This document shows, in pieces, positions 38,489-50,400 of a stretch of 64,000 nucleotides of DNA. The stretch is from Lingula anatina (taxonomy: Eukaryota > Animalia > Brachiopoda). Under the pieces are notes generated by a model. The model did no database searches and was not told the origin of the DNA. It worked only from the letters and a program-made list of their open reading frames with translations. The stretch is from positions 21,514,001 to 21,578,000 of the forward strand of contig CM120641.1 in the NCBI GenBank assembly GCA_051362555.1, read 5' to 3'. Position numbers and translations under genes: made by a program. Each line of letters begins with the position of its first letter. The stretch's first letter is position 1.

Positions 38489-41029
38489 ATGAAAGTTTAT
38501 CTTCTGGCATGCTTATCGCTAGCATGTGTATGTGACACAGCTTGGGTGCCGGACTCTCCCTTTGTACGCGCAGCTGGTGGTACGTTTTAGTTAGTACATT
38601 TGCCATTCGGTTTTTAGTCGTTCTTCCTAACTTGGGTTCAGATCTATGTAAAAAAAATAAGTCAAAATAATCAGGAGATGATTGCAGATTATATTAAATG
38701 AAAGAATCGTTTATGTTGAGAATGAGTTTTGATATCATCCAAACCGAAAAAAAAGTATAAATATGTTATCTTTGAGGGTCGTAAGTTACTTTATTCTATA
38801 CACGTTTAGTATTTGCATAATACCATGAAAATAATGTCACAATTGCAGCGAAAAATGTGTTGTGCTATTTCACAAACTGGAGTGTCTACCGTCCTGGAAT
38901 AGATTGGTTTTCGCCGGACAATATCGACCCTTTGCTGTGCACTCACATCATCTATGCGTTTGCCAACATAGACTATATGGCTTTAACCATTAAGCCGTCT
39001 GATGCATTTGCTGACTTGGGTAAGTTAAACAGTGACGAGTAAACACTCAGTTGCTAGGTTTCTGATGACCAGTAGCATATCAAGAAATTAGGTATTCTTG
39101 ACAAAAAAAAACAAAAAAAAAAAAAAAAACAAAAAAAAAAAAAACAAGTGCGTTAAAAAATTCCAAATACTAAAAAGCCACTGGTGATTTATCTTTCATT
39201 TTCTGACTGAAAGGTAATGGGTGTGTATATAGAAAAAGAAGCGTTTATTCCTCTTTTGCCGCATTTAACTTTTTGTTGACAAGACTAAAAGATAACAAAA
39301 CTGGAAAAAATGACTAGACAGAACATATAAAGTATAAGAAAGTATAAGAAAGTATACACACTTTAAACAAAAAAATGCCATTTGTAAAATGTACATTCCA
39401 ATAGATAACACATTTGATCCAATTTGAAATATTTACGGTGATGAACTGCATAAATTATGCACAAAATACATGTATAACACCTTGCATTAAACTTGCTGTT
39501 TTCAATCTACCCAAAGCACGTGTGCAACTTTGGTTTTTCATTTTTCTTTAAAAAAAATGCCACAGGCATCTTCCCTTCACATGTTACCAGCGATTAAGAA
39601 CTGAATCAAATCTCGTGTCATGTCTCTCACATTATCAACAATCACGGACTGGTGTTGGGTTGGCAAAATTGGTAACAAATTAGTAAAACACAACATCACA
39701 ACTCAAACAAAAATATGGTTTTGCAGTTTCGGTGTGATACCGTGTGTGTACAAAAAATATAAGCAAACAATCACCGAAAGCGCAATAACGTTTGAAAAAA
39801 TAATAATGTTGATATTTGAGTTTGACATACATTTCTTCAAAGCAAAGTCTCCTGGTAAATTCAAAGTGAAACGAAATTGCAGTCTTGGAATTATTGGACG
39901 AACGAAAAATGTGTCAGAGGGTGATGGCATAGACAGACACAGATTATCAAAATACAAACCGACCTCTGGTGCTTGAACCACTCTCATAAGTAACATATAC
40001 TTTCATTAGTAACATTAAGACAAATTACTTACACATTACATCAAAGTTAAGTACACTATAATGAAGAATATTGGTGAAGACGTTTGACATAAATGTTCAC
40101 TAATTATACTAAAATTTATTGCAGGAAAACATAAAGAGACTGTGTTAACCCGTACTATGGACACTTTTGTCAGTAAGATACCGCAAACAAAAATCCTTAT
40201 GGTGGTGATACAATTATTTTGGACATCTTTGTCTGAAATTTTAATTTCCGCATTTTATCGAACAGTCTTTTTCTACTTCCAGACACCAACGGGGGGAAGG
40301 GCTTTTTTTCTAAGATAACTACCATGGCAAGGAATCATGGACACTTGAAGGCCCTTTTGGCCATAGGAGGTTGGAATGCCGGATCTCACCCCTTTCTTCA
40401 GATTACAGAGTCTCAGCAGAAGATTGACATATTTGCTGAAAACGCAGCCAGTTTTTTAATACTCCACGGTTTTGATGGTTTAGACTTGGATTGGGAATAT
40501 CCTGCGAATGCAAAGGACAAATTTAATCGTTTGTGCAGGGTGAGTGCTGTACGTTGCGAAGAAAAACGTATTCATCAACTGGTGACAGAAAAGTACTTGA
40601 TATACATACTTACTTACTTACTTTTCAGTGGTTACTGAATCCGTTCCGACATACAAAGTTAGTCGATAAAGTTTTTCTAAGTGTGGTTTTTGTAATAATC
40701 TTTATGGAGGTCCACATGGTCCGATGACAAGCACAGAATTCACAATGAAAGTGTATTTATTGTGGAATTTTTAATTTCATATGAAGAGTTTCTTTAAAGA
40801 AATATTCTGTTGTGTCAATTTTAAATACAATTATAACAAAATTTTCGTCGATAACATTTGTCAACTGGATATCTTTTTTTTCTCTTAGACACTGCGTCAA
40901 AAATTCGACCAATATCACCCCCGACTGTTGTTGACTGCGGCTGTTAGTGCTGGCAAGGGTAATATTATGGGTGCTTACGACGTACCTGAAATATCGAAGT
41001 AAGGATAATCTCAACCTTTCTCTCTCTCG

Positions 41030-41071
<42 letters not shown>

Positions 41072-41531
41072 AACCTAATGCAGATACTTCCAAATTTATG
41101 ATGATGCGACACTGTGCAGACGTCCTAAAGTTTTGTAATATTTACAATGGGTATATTGATAACAACAAGTACAAGTTTACTGGATGCAGGGATGGAAGTA
41201 TGCTTGGTTTTGTCTCGTTTTGCTCATTATACGATTTTTTTTTTTGGGGGGGGGGGAGGGGGTGTGCATGTGGGTCACTGTGGGCATCATACATTAAATA
41301 ATTTTGGTCCACAGATCTGTGAGGTTAAGTACTGTATCAATCTCCATTTTTGCAGGCACCTTGACTTGATAAGCATAATGACGTATGATTTTCACGGGAG
41401 CTGGGAGTCCACCGCCGGCCATAATAGTCCGCTGTACGCTAGAGCATCTGAACCTTGGTGGAAGCAAACCGAGTTGAATGTGGTACATGTTTGTTTACTG
41501 GTCTGCCCCTCGGAACGGCCTTCTCAACCAT

Positions 41532-41571
<40 letters not shown>

Positions 41572-44500
41572 GTATGTTCAAAATGAATTGCTGAATGTAG
41601 CATTTCATGACATTAAATTGACGTAGTATGCTCGACTCACAATACAAAGTCTCGAGGTCGTACGTTGAGCGAAGTTAAAAGACTAGCGGTCCATCTATAA
41701 AGAGTACTATCTTGTTGAAGGGAAAATTGTTCAGCATGGTTCTATAAAAGTACTTTTTTATATCAACGAAGTTTGGTCGTGCGTGCATTGACCCATTTGC
41801 CTCATTTATTATTAATATTTATTATTTCTATGTTGCATTAGAAGATGAAAAATGAGCATGCCAAGTTTTAAATTAAGAAGGCGTGGTCAATTTTTAACGT
41901 AGGATGCTGCCGTTCAGTATTGGATCCAACTAGGAGCCCCAAGACACAAACTAGTCATGGGAATGCCGACTTATGGAAGATCCTTCACTCTGAAAGATAG
42001 CGTGGAGAACCGCATGGGGGCGCCAGTATCCGGGGCTGGCATCGGCTATAATTGGGAACAAGGAATTCAGCCATACCACGAGGTATTTGCCCTAAGCACC
42101 CCTTTAGCAATAGCGCCCTTGATCCTAGGAATCTCTTACGACAACGGATAATGTATGCTACAAGTAGTAACATTTACCAAAACTGCCTATTATATGCGTA
42201 AACTGCAACCTTATTTGACAGTCACATTTCAGTTTCAAGGTCCAGGACAAACTATGTTGTAACGGCTTTCAACCTTATATTTTCATCTTCAGATTTGTAG
42301 GAAGATTTACCCTTATGGTAGTTATGATGCATTTTGGCACACTGAACACAAGGTTCCATATGCATTTTCCTCTCTTGACTGGATTGGGTATGATGACGCT
42401 CAGAGTATCGCACTGAAGGTAATCATTTCGTATGACTATCAACAACATTCACATTCTAAGTTCTATTTTGTGGATACTCATATGTATGTTCAGCAGCTAA
42501 TTTTTTCCTTTTTACACAGCTTGATGTTCTGAATGTTATTTTACAGTTATTCAATTCAATATACAATATGAACTATATGTATTATGCACCTGGTCATATT
42601 TCTTCTTTTGAAAACTACTTCGTTTGTACTGATGTAATGGTCTCACGATATTTTCAGTGACACTGAAGTTTTCTTTCATACTGCACTTTATCTAATCCAT
42701 TTAATGACGTGTATACTTAAAAAGAAAGGTAGACAAATAATTTGGGTGGAAATAGTGCGAACTGAGTGACTGTATTGCAGGGCCTAAATATCTAAATTTT
42801 AAAAATGAAAAAAAAAGTGCATTGGTTGCCATTAAAACACGCTAAAACTAATAAGTGAATAAAACAAGAAGTGGTGAGATGGAGCACTGGACTTTTTCGC
42901 GAAAATTATAATTGACTGTCCTTTAGGAATAAATAATGAGTTACCCTGGTAAAACCTCTTCTCATAAAGAGTTTACATGCAACGAGTAGAATTGACTTTG
43001 GCCAAATACGGGAAACGCGATTGAAACCTGTTTCGAAGGAGTAAGGCCAAATATAATGGCCCAAGTTTTGAAAAAGTCTTTTGACAAATAGCGAGTGATA
43101 TTTCCACATTTTCTGACTGACTGTCTGTATCTTTTCAGACCAAATACGTATTGGACAATGGTTTAGCCGGCGCTATGATATGGGCCCTGGACATGGATGA
43201 TTTTACTGGTCAAAAATGCCCTACATTCACTAAATACCCTCTTCTACGGACCATCAACGCTGTATTGGCGAACCCTTTCCACGCTGATCAACTTCAGATC
43301 CCTCATCCCTTTGTTTCTGGAGGTTATGAGGATGGTAGCGGTGGGTCCAGTGGTGGTGGCAGCGGTGGGTCCAGCGGTGGTGACAGCGGTGGGTCTAGCG
43401 GTGGTGACAGCGGTGGGTCTAGCGGTGGTGACAGCGGTGGTAGCAGCGGCGGAACCAGTAATGGAGAATGGTGTTCTACTACATATTTGGAGTCTTGTCC
43501 TGCAGGTCGGAGTTAGAATCAGTTTATTCTGTATAAGTTTTTTCTCGGCGTTGTTTACAAATATGAATCGTCTTTTTCTAAGACCGCCAAAATCCGGCAT
43601 CATCATGCTGAGGCACCGAAGGTTAAACAACTCAGTCAACTATACAATTGTATATTTTCGTTTCATTGATGGCGATGTTTGACTTATTTCAAATAGATCT
43701 GTTATGATGCCAAATGAAGAGTTTATGCTCACTTAACTTTGGTAGGAACATGTTGGCAAGCAGGGGATACCGCTCACCCAACCGATTGCAAAAAATATTG
43801 CTCCTGTCAGTCTAACACGAATGGTGGATATATTTCGTATGCGCGTTGCTGCCCACCAGACCAGTACTTTGATCCTACCAGAAAATGGTGCGACTTCAGT
43901 TCGGCTGCATGCAATACGGGCGGTGGCAGCCAGTCAGGACCAGACGTGTCCCTGGCCGGGTCTTGTCCAACAGGTAATGTTTAATTGAAAGTAGTATAGT
44001 TATTGTGTTAGTCGAGAAAGGGGGTCGCCCCCTTCCCCACCAACCGCCCGTACACGCTTGAAATATTGGACTGACATTTTTCATGTTGAATGCTACGGTC
44101 TATCCCCATGTTACAAAATCTTTTGAGGCAAAACATTTGTGCCAGGACTAGAGACACGAAGAAGAAGCCTGACTACCTTGAGTCAAATGAATAAGACTTG
44201 TGACTTTTTATGAATTTTTTCGTAAACTCATTGCTATATATTATGGAAACTATGTGCATAAAGTATTTTGAAAATGTAGTTGATTTTCCGTTGCTAAAAG
44301 TAATATCTACTTGATTTAACGACTTTTCATTTGCTGTCACTATATACCTCAATGGCTGACCTTTAATTCCCTCATTCCACCACAGATTGCCCATACGGCG
44401 ATGGTAAGCACGCACACCCTAGTGACTGTTCAAAATACTGCCTGTGTGAACTGTCCACCAATAATAAGATAACAGAAGTGACATGTCCTGGGGGAAATTA

Positions 44501-46130
44501 TTTCAATCCCAGTTCAGGACTGTGCGAGTCGGCCAATGCTGGCTGCGCTGGAAGCGGTGGAGTAGACACATCTCAAGCCGGAAGCTGCCCGACAGGTATT
44601 GCGCACCTATGGTTCACTTGGTTCTTTTTAAATCGGCTTTTTCATTAAGTTTAGTCCAGATTTAGTCTTTAAAATGGCAACCTCAAAATGAAAAAAAAAA
44701 AAAATGTGTAACACGCTTCAAATCGGAATTGCACAAACTCGTCCTCATTCGTTAATTTAAGACGAACAGTTTCATAACCGAGTCTCCTTTTCTTTGGTCG
44801 ACCTAAAAATGAAACTAAATTTGATGCTCATAGACACTGAACGAAAATACTTGATAATGATATGACAACGAAAAGCATTATTTTATCACTATATTCACAT
44901 CTCGGTGACGTTTTCACCTTTGTTTTTAAAACAAATTAAAAGAGTAAAACAAATTAAAATTGTTTATCCAAATAGATTGTCCAAATGGAGATGGGAAATA
45001 TGTCCACCCTAACGACTGCAGCAGGTACTGTCTTTGTGACATTTTAATTAATAAGAAGATCACAGAAATGTCGTGCCATGCAGGGACCTTTTTCAATCCA
45101 GCGACAACTTTGTGTGAAGTTTCAAGTTCGGTCTGCGGTGGACAATTGGCAATAGATACGACTTATGCTGGGGGGTGCAAAAAAGGTATACACAAACTAT
45201 GTTGCTTGTAGAGTTAATTGATACGGTTCGTTCTCTTTCACTTAACTTAGTCAATTAAAGATAAGAAAATGAAACAGCATCTTTCCCTTGGTTTTAATAG
45301 GTCTACTAAAACATAATCAGTCAACATGTATTATACATCAGGACGCACAGCTTTAGATAAACGATTATCATTTTTGTCATAGATGATTGCGTCGTGAATG
45401 GTGAATATGCACATCCGACCACGTGCTCTTCGTACTGTTCCTGTCACATTGATGGCACCGGTAACGGCGCTTTGTACGAGATGCAGTGTCCCTATGGACT
45501 GTATTATTACCCGCCAGAAAAACAGTGCACCTACACCAACGACCACTGTACTGATGGTCAGGGAGGAGGCGGAAGTGCGGGGACGACAAACTATTGTTCA
45601 ACAGGTGAGTGCTTCCGAAGTTAACCAAACGAGATAGCAAAATCATTTTATAGATTCATAGCAGCCATGAGCCGTTCGTACTTAGTGAATGTAAAAATGT
45701 TTGATGAATGAAGATGAGCATGCGTACAGAACATAAAGGCGTTAATAAAATGAAATGAAAGTAATACGCCCTTTGATGCTAGGAAGATTTTCCTTTTTTT
45801 TTTTTTTTTTTTTTGGCATCAAAGTGGCTGATCCAAAATATCAAGAATTGGGTGGCGGTAGATTCCAGTAAACGTAATTTTACAAACATTTTATTAGTAC
45901 TAAGTATCATTAGGTCTATATGATTATTCATTTTGGTATTTCCTAATATTAATTATTTTCTTACAGTTCTATGTACAAAATGGTGGCCATATGAACCTCA
46001 CGAGGACTGCACTAAATATTGCGTATGTTCGGCTTTGGGTGGCTACGACGCTTACGAACAGGCTTGCGCAGCTGGGACATATTATAACGAACTCTTAGGG
46101 TACTGCGATACTAGCAATGAGGTATGTTAA
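38489..46130 (+). CDS. Chitinase 1: secreted GH18 chitinase with Gly/Ser linker and five CBM14 (peritrophin-A)-like modules, ~820 aa
   Basis: Exons 38489-38579, 38849-39019, 40283-40539, 40889-40998, 41356-41482, 41903-42082, 42293-42418, 43139-43505, 43746-43973, 44386-44595, 44976-45185, 45383-45604, 45967-46130 sum to 2463 nt in frame. Signal peptide [15 protein letters not shown]; motifs [19 protein letters not shown], catalytic [32 protein letters not shown]; five Cys-rich HPxDC..YCxC..CxxG.YFNP..C modules. Confidence 0.93.
41018..41068. repeat. (CT)n microsatellite; a second (CT)n lies at 41537-41567
   Basis: CT runs in chitinase 1 introns. Confidence 0.9.
43334..43460 (+). repeat. Coding 24-bp tandem repeat encoding the (GGSSGGDS)n linker
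   Basis: agcggtggtgacagcggtgggtct units between the GH18 domain and the first CBM. Confidence 0.9.
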
Positions 46131-46240
46131 AGACAGTTGATTTCGCCGCCCATCTTAGAGCAGGAGAAGTTACTGGACTGCGTCCTTTTAAAACACACTA
46201 CATTTACGAAGGTAAAAATGGTTTACAGCACAAAAATGAT

Positions 46241-46246
46241 AATAAA
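46241..46246 (+). terminator. Candidate poly(A) signal of chitinase 1
   Basis: First AATAAA after the stop at 46130. Confidence 0.5.
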
Positions 46247-47066
46247 GTGGCCTATACTTTGCTGATTGACAATGAGTTGGTAATCTTTAGTTAAACAATT
46301 GATATTGTGGAGTTCAAAAAATAACTGAAACGTTTACAGTTTTCTACAGTATGTATTCTTACCGTCACAATCACAGTCCGCCTTTACACATTTTTCTCAA
46401 CCGAGAGACTAGTTTCCGTGCGGAATCTGCACTGTGCAATAGTGGTTCAGTGTGGAATCCATTACGTGCAACAATCAGTCTGGGAGTTTGCGCAACTGCA
46501 AGACATGTGGAGCTGGAGAGGGATTCTCTCTTTTTTTAGGGTCATTTATTCTGTAAGCCGCTTAACGTGAATACCAGCGGTTTGATTTCTCTAGAATATC
46601 ATCACTGGCGGATGGGCATATCAAAGATTTTGAAAAAAGACTTATATGAAAACTTAAGGCTTAAATCATGTTGTGGTATGGGTCCAGTTCACTTCACGTG
46701 CTCATCACTTAAGGCCTTTTATTTGTGTTTTAGACCACATGCATACCACCCCACTGTAATATTTTTCTTTCACGTACTAATGATAGTGCATTATAATAAA
46801 AGCGGCCTTGTTTGGCCAAATCACGAACAATCAATATTCTTTGTTGCCTTCTTTCTTGTTATGAATGAGACTATGAAAGTTTGTGGTACACTGAGATGGA
46901 GGAGACATAAAATTGCATTTAAGCAAAAAAACTTCTACTGCATTTCTAAATTCTTGCTTAATATGAATTTTCTTAAGCTGCCACAAAAAAAAAACATTTA
47001 AACACTTTCAACATAAATGGTCCAGAAGACTTCAGAAATGATACTGACAAAACAAAAGAAATCATA

Positions 47067-47072
47067 TTTATT
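47067..47072 (-). terminator. Candidate poly(A) signal of chitinase 2
   Basis: AATAAA on the minus strand, conserved at the paralogous position 54451-54456 of chitinase 3. Confidence 0.55.
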
Positions 47073-47447
47073 GACTATAAAATAATCATTAATTAAGACA
47101 TTATGCGAATGAATATTAAATAATATTTGTTAAAATTTTTGGACCATTGGCATTTTTTGCTCAATTCAGTCAATATTACAAGATAAAAAATCATGTCACC
47201 TTATGTCATCTTAATACCGTAAATACATAAATCTGAAAAGAAATTGTTATCATCCTTGGTTAGATTTAGCAATCTATGTGAATACCGTGTGGAACATCAA
47301 TAGGTTTAATGGAAACATAAGCTGCCCACTCAAATACATGTAATATCTTAGCTGGGTTTAGTGCCACGGTCGTTGTACAGTTCTTTCCCTGTTTATGACA
47401 AGGCCAAAGTCTTTCCATTTTGCCTAGTACCTGTACGAGCAGAAGAG

Positions 47448-50400
47448 TTATACCCGTAGCAGAATTGTGAATAACAATCCACAACAAAGAACTGAAATGT
47501 GTGAATGGAATATGTTAAAAAAAAATTAAAAAGTAACAGCAATAAAAAAAGAAAAAGAAGAGAAAGGAAAGGAAACAGAAATGGTTTTTAGAAGGAATAT
47601 CTTTAAAAAAAAAATTTCGTCAGAGGGGCATTCTCTTGGTAAATTACTATTGCTTGTCTTGAAAATGGTTCCAAGAATTCCTTTAGACCTAACCTAAACA
47701 TCGGTTTCGAAATATTCCATTGATTGTACTTACCAAGAGTCGTTGTGGGATTCATGGCGGTAGTGGCGGAATTCTCATACACAGCCAGTCTCTCGTTGGC
47801 TGCTCTAAGCAAGGGATAACTTCCCTTTCCACATTTGTTCTTGAAGTCATCCATGTCCAAAGACCAGATCATTATACCCGCCAGGCTTTTACTGACGGCG
47901 TAGTCTACCTAAAACGGGTGCGCAGTACATATAATGTCACCAGATTTATTTAATTTATGAAACTCCCGAGTAAGAAAAAATTGATGTCATCCAATGGTAG
48001 TTCACCAGAAGTGAAACGCCGTATCCAAACTCAAAAACAGCAAAATGAGAATCAACACTCTGGGTGTAATACAGTGCCATGGTAGAAAATGATACAAAAT
48101 TGGTACAACAGGATCTGTATGAAATGCTGCTTCAGCCACTGATGAATTGAAGCTATTGTAGTAGTCTTAAAATAATATACCTTTTCCTTGATGCTGGTAG
48201 GATTGTCATACCCCACCCATAGGTTCTCCTGTCTGTTGAAAGCATATGGTACTCTTCGCTTGTCATCCCACTGTTCCTCCCATGCTGGGTCTTTTAGGTT
48301 CTCGCAAATCTGAAGAATAACGAGAAAATGTCAGTTGCAAATGAAATGCGACATAAAAATATCCCATGGCACTGCCAACAAAAACGAAAACCAATCCGTA
48401 GATTTGCAGTTGACAGCGTTACCTAATGCAAACATAAAATGGTATGATACAGAAATTATGCTTCAACACGCACACACTGCACACGGTTTATCACCATTGT
48501 AGAAAATACGAGGTATACACTTCAAAACCAAAAATAAACAACTTTGTTAAAAAAAATCACCGACCTCAAAATATGGGTACATGCCGCTTTCATTGATGTA
48601 CCTTCCGGCAGGTCCATTGTCAAGAGCCTGCGCTGCCGGAGTTGTATTACCATTTAGGGTTTTGAAGTTTCTTCCATACGCGCCCAACCCCAGAACCAGT
48701 TTATTTGGCAGTGCTCCTTTCTCAATCCACATTTTTACTGCGTAGTCCTGCAAAAAGATCGTACTTTTCGCTTGAGTCATTTCACCATGTTCCAAACCCA
48801 GATACACAAATGTTTTGAAACAACCCGTCAACATGTATTAATAAAATTGAAATATCCCAAAGTGAAATATTATTTAAAGCGCTTTTTTAACCATCTTTTT
48901 CATATGCCTGACCTCCAGTTTAAGAAGAATAATTTTACTTGATTTTTTAAGTATAGTCCATTTATCTTAAAGCCTTCACTTACGACATTTTGCGGTGCCA
49001 TTGCATCATTTTCTCCATCGCCTGAAAAGAGCGCCGCGTTCGGCACCAGGCGTTTTTCCTGAGCAGGTCCAAGTTCATGGAAATCGTATGTCAAAAGGTT
49101 GATGAAATCCACACTCCTTTCAAAAAAGTGCATCAGACATTTATAAAGGATAATATCACAATTTCGTGAAATGATGAGGCTTTAATTGTCCGTGTCAGGA
49201 TAAATTTTTGACCTATAAGAGTTTCAACTGGTGACAGTTAAAGGAACTCTATAATGGATTAACCCACCAAAATTAATTTTCCTTAGGAAAAGATCAATTT
49301 TCTTCTACTCAGAAATAATTATTGGACCGGTCCCTGCTCTTCGATTGGATGTTTTATTCTATTTTTTGATCGAATTATTTAGTTCAAAATGATTGACCAG
49401 TCATTTAGAACGCTATGCCTTCCCGTTCATATACTTCAATTTGGTATACTTTGTCACAGATTGAAAAGTTCATAAACGCACGCAAAATTGTACAGTTAGT
49501 GGTTTATTATGCATTGACTTTTCAAAGGCTTTTGATTTTTCTTCATGACTTTAAGTATATGTTTCATTCTGAGGTACAGATGGTGCCAAGTTGTTTTCAG
49601 GTACTGGCCGTTTCTTCTTTGGTTGCTTTTCACTCACAGATGCCACTATAATTAATCTCGAACTTCTGCTGACGTTTTGGTGAAGCCATGGCGACAGAGG
49701 CTTTGGGTGTGTTCTTAGTTGCCACTTTGGTTTCAATTTCCCTTTTGTCCAAACTCTTCTGGCTGATAAAATGGTCTCAGGTAGGGACTCAGCCCAGGGA
49801 TTTCATGTGCAGTGGAATCAGTCTTTGACTCTTTGTGTCCTTCCATAGCTTGATTGTACAACTTTGTGTGCGTTTATGAACTGTTTCAATCTGTGACAAC
49901 TACATGTATTTCAGATGCCCTGTGATATCAGAGGGGTATTTTTATCATAGGCCTACTTGTTCACTGCGTTCGGATAGTCTCGGCAGATTCCGTGACTCGT
50001 TAAACGACTTACGGGATCTGCCAAGATTTTCCGAATGCTCAAACCTGGAGACTTCCTCTACTTCATATCCCCCCTGCTCCAGTGCCCATTTCCCCGTGGC
50101 AACTGCTGCTGAGAGTATCAATTTCTTTTTACCGGTGGCAGCGGCCTCAGATTCGAACTTTTCATTGGTCTCCTAAAATGAGAGGTTTTCTTTATCAAAA
50201 ATGCCATGTATAGTTTGAGAGGTCTTAACTAAATGTAAGATCTCTCAAACCGCACTTTCGATCTCTTAAACTCTAAACTGTCTTTTCGGTAATTTGACCT
50301 ATTCTTTATGTTCTTACTCCTATTTTCACTTAAAAATGGTTTTGTTCAGACGTGACTATCATTTAAATTGAAAAAGGACTGCGTTACCAGACTTCTAGTG

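Noticed and set aside
39620-39996. Overlapping 118-aa and 97-aa ORFs in chitinase 1 intron 2
   Set aside because: No recognisable domain or splice context; likely chance or a repeat remnant.
43197-43682. Long alternative-frame and antisense ORFs (VVTAVGLA.., TTARPTAV..)
   Set aside because: Shadows of the GC-rich Gly/Ser linker repeat of chitinase 1.
47266-47487. 73-aa ORF (and paralogous ORF 54700-54996) as the main chitinase C-terminus
   Set aside because: The frame is not conserved between paralogues (internal indels), whereas the short hydrophobic frame keeps its stop and shows a synonymous change.
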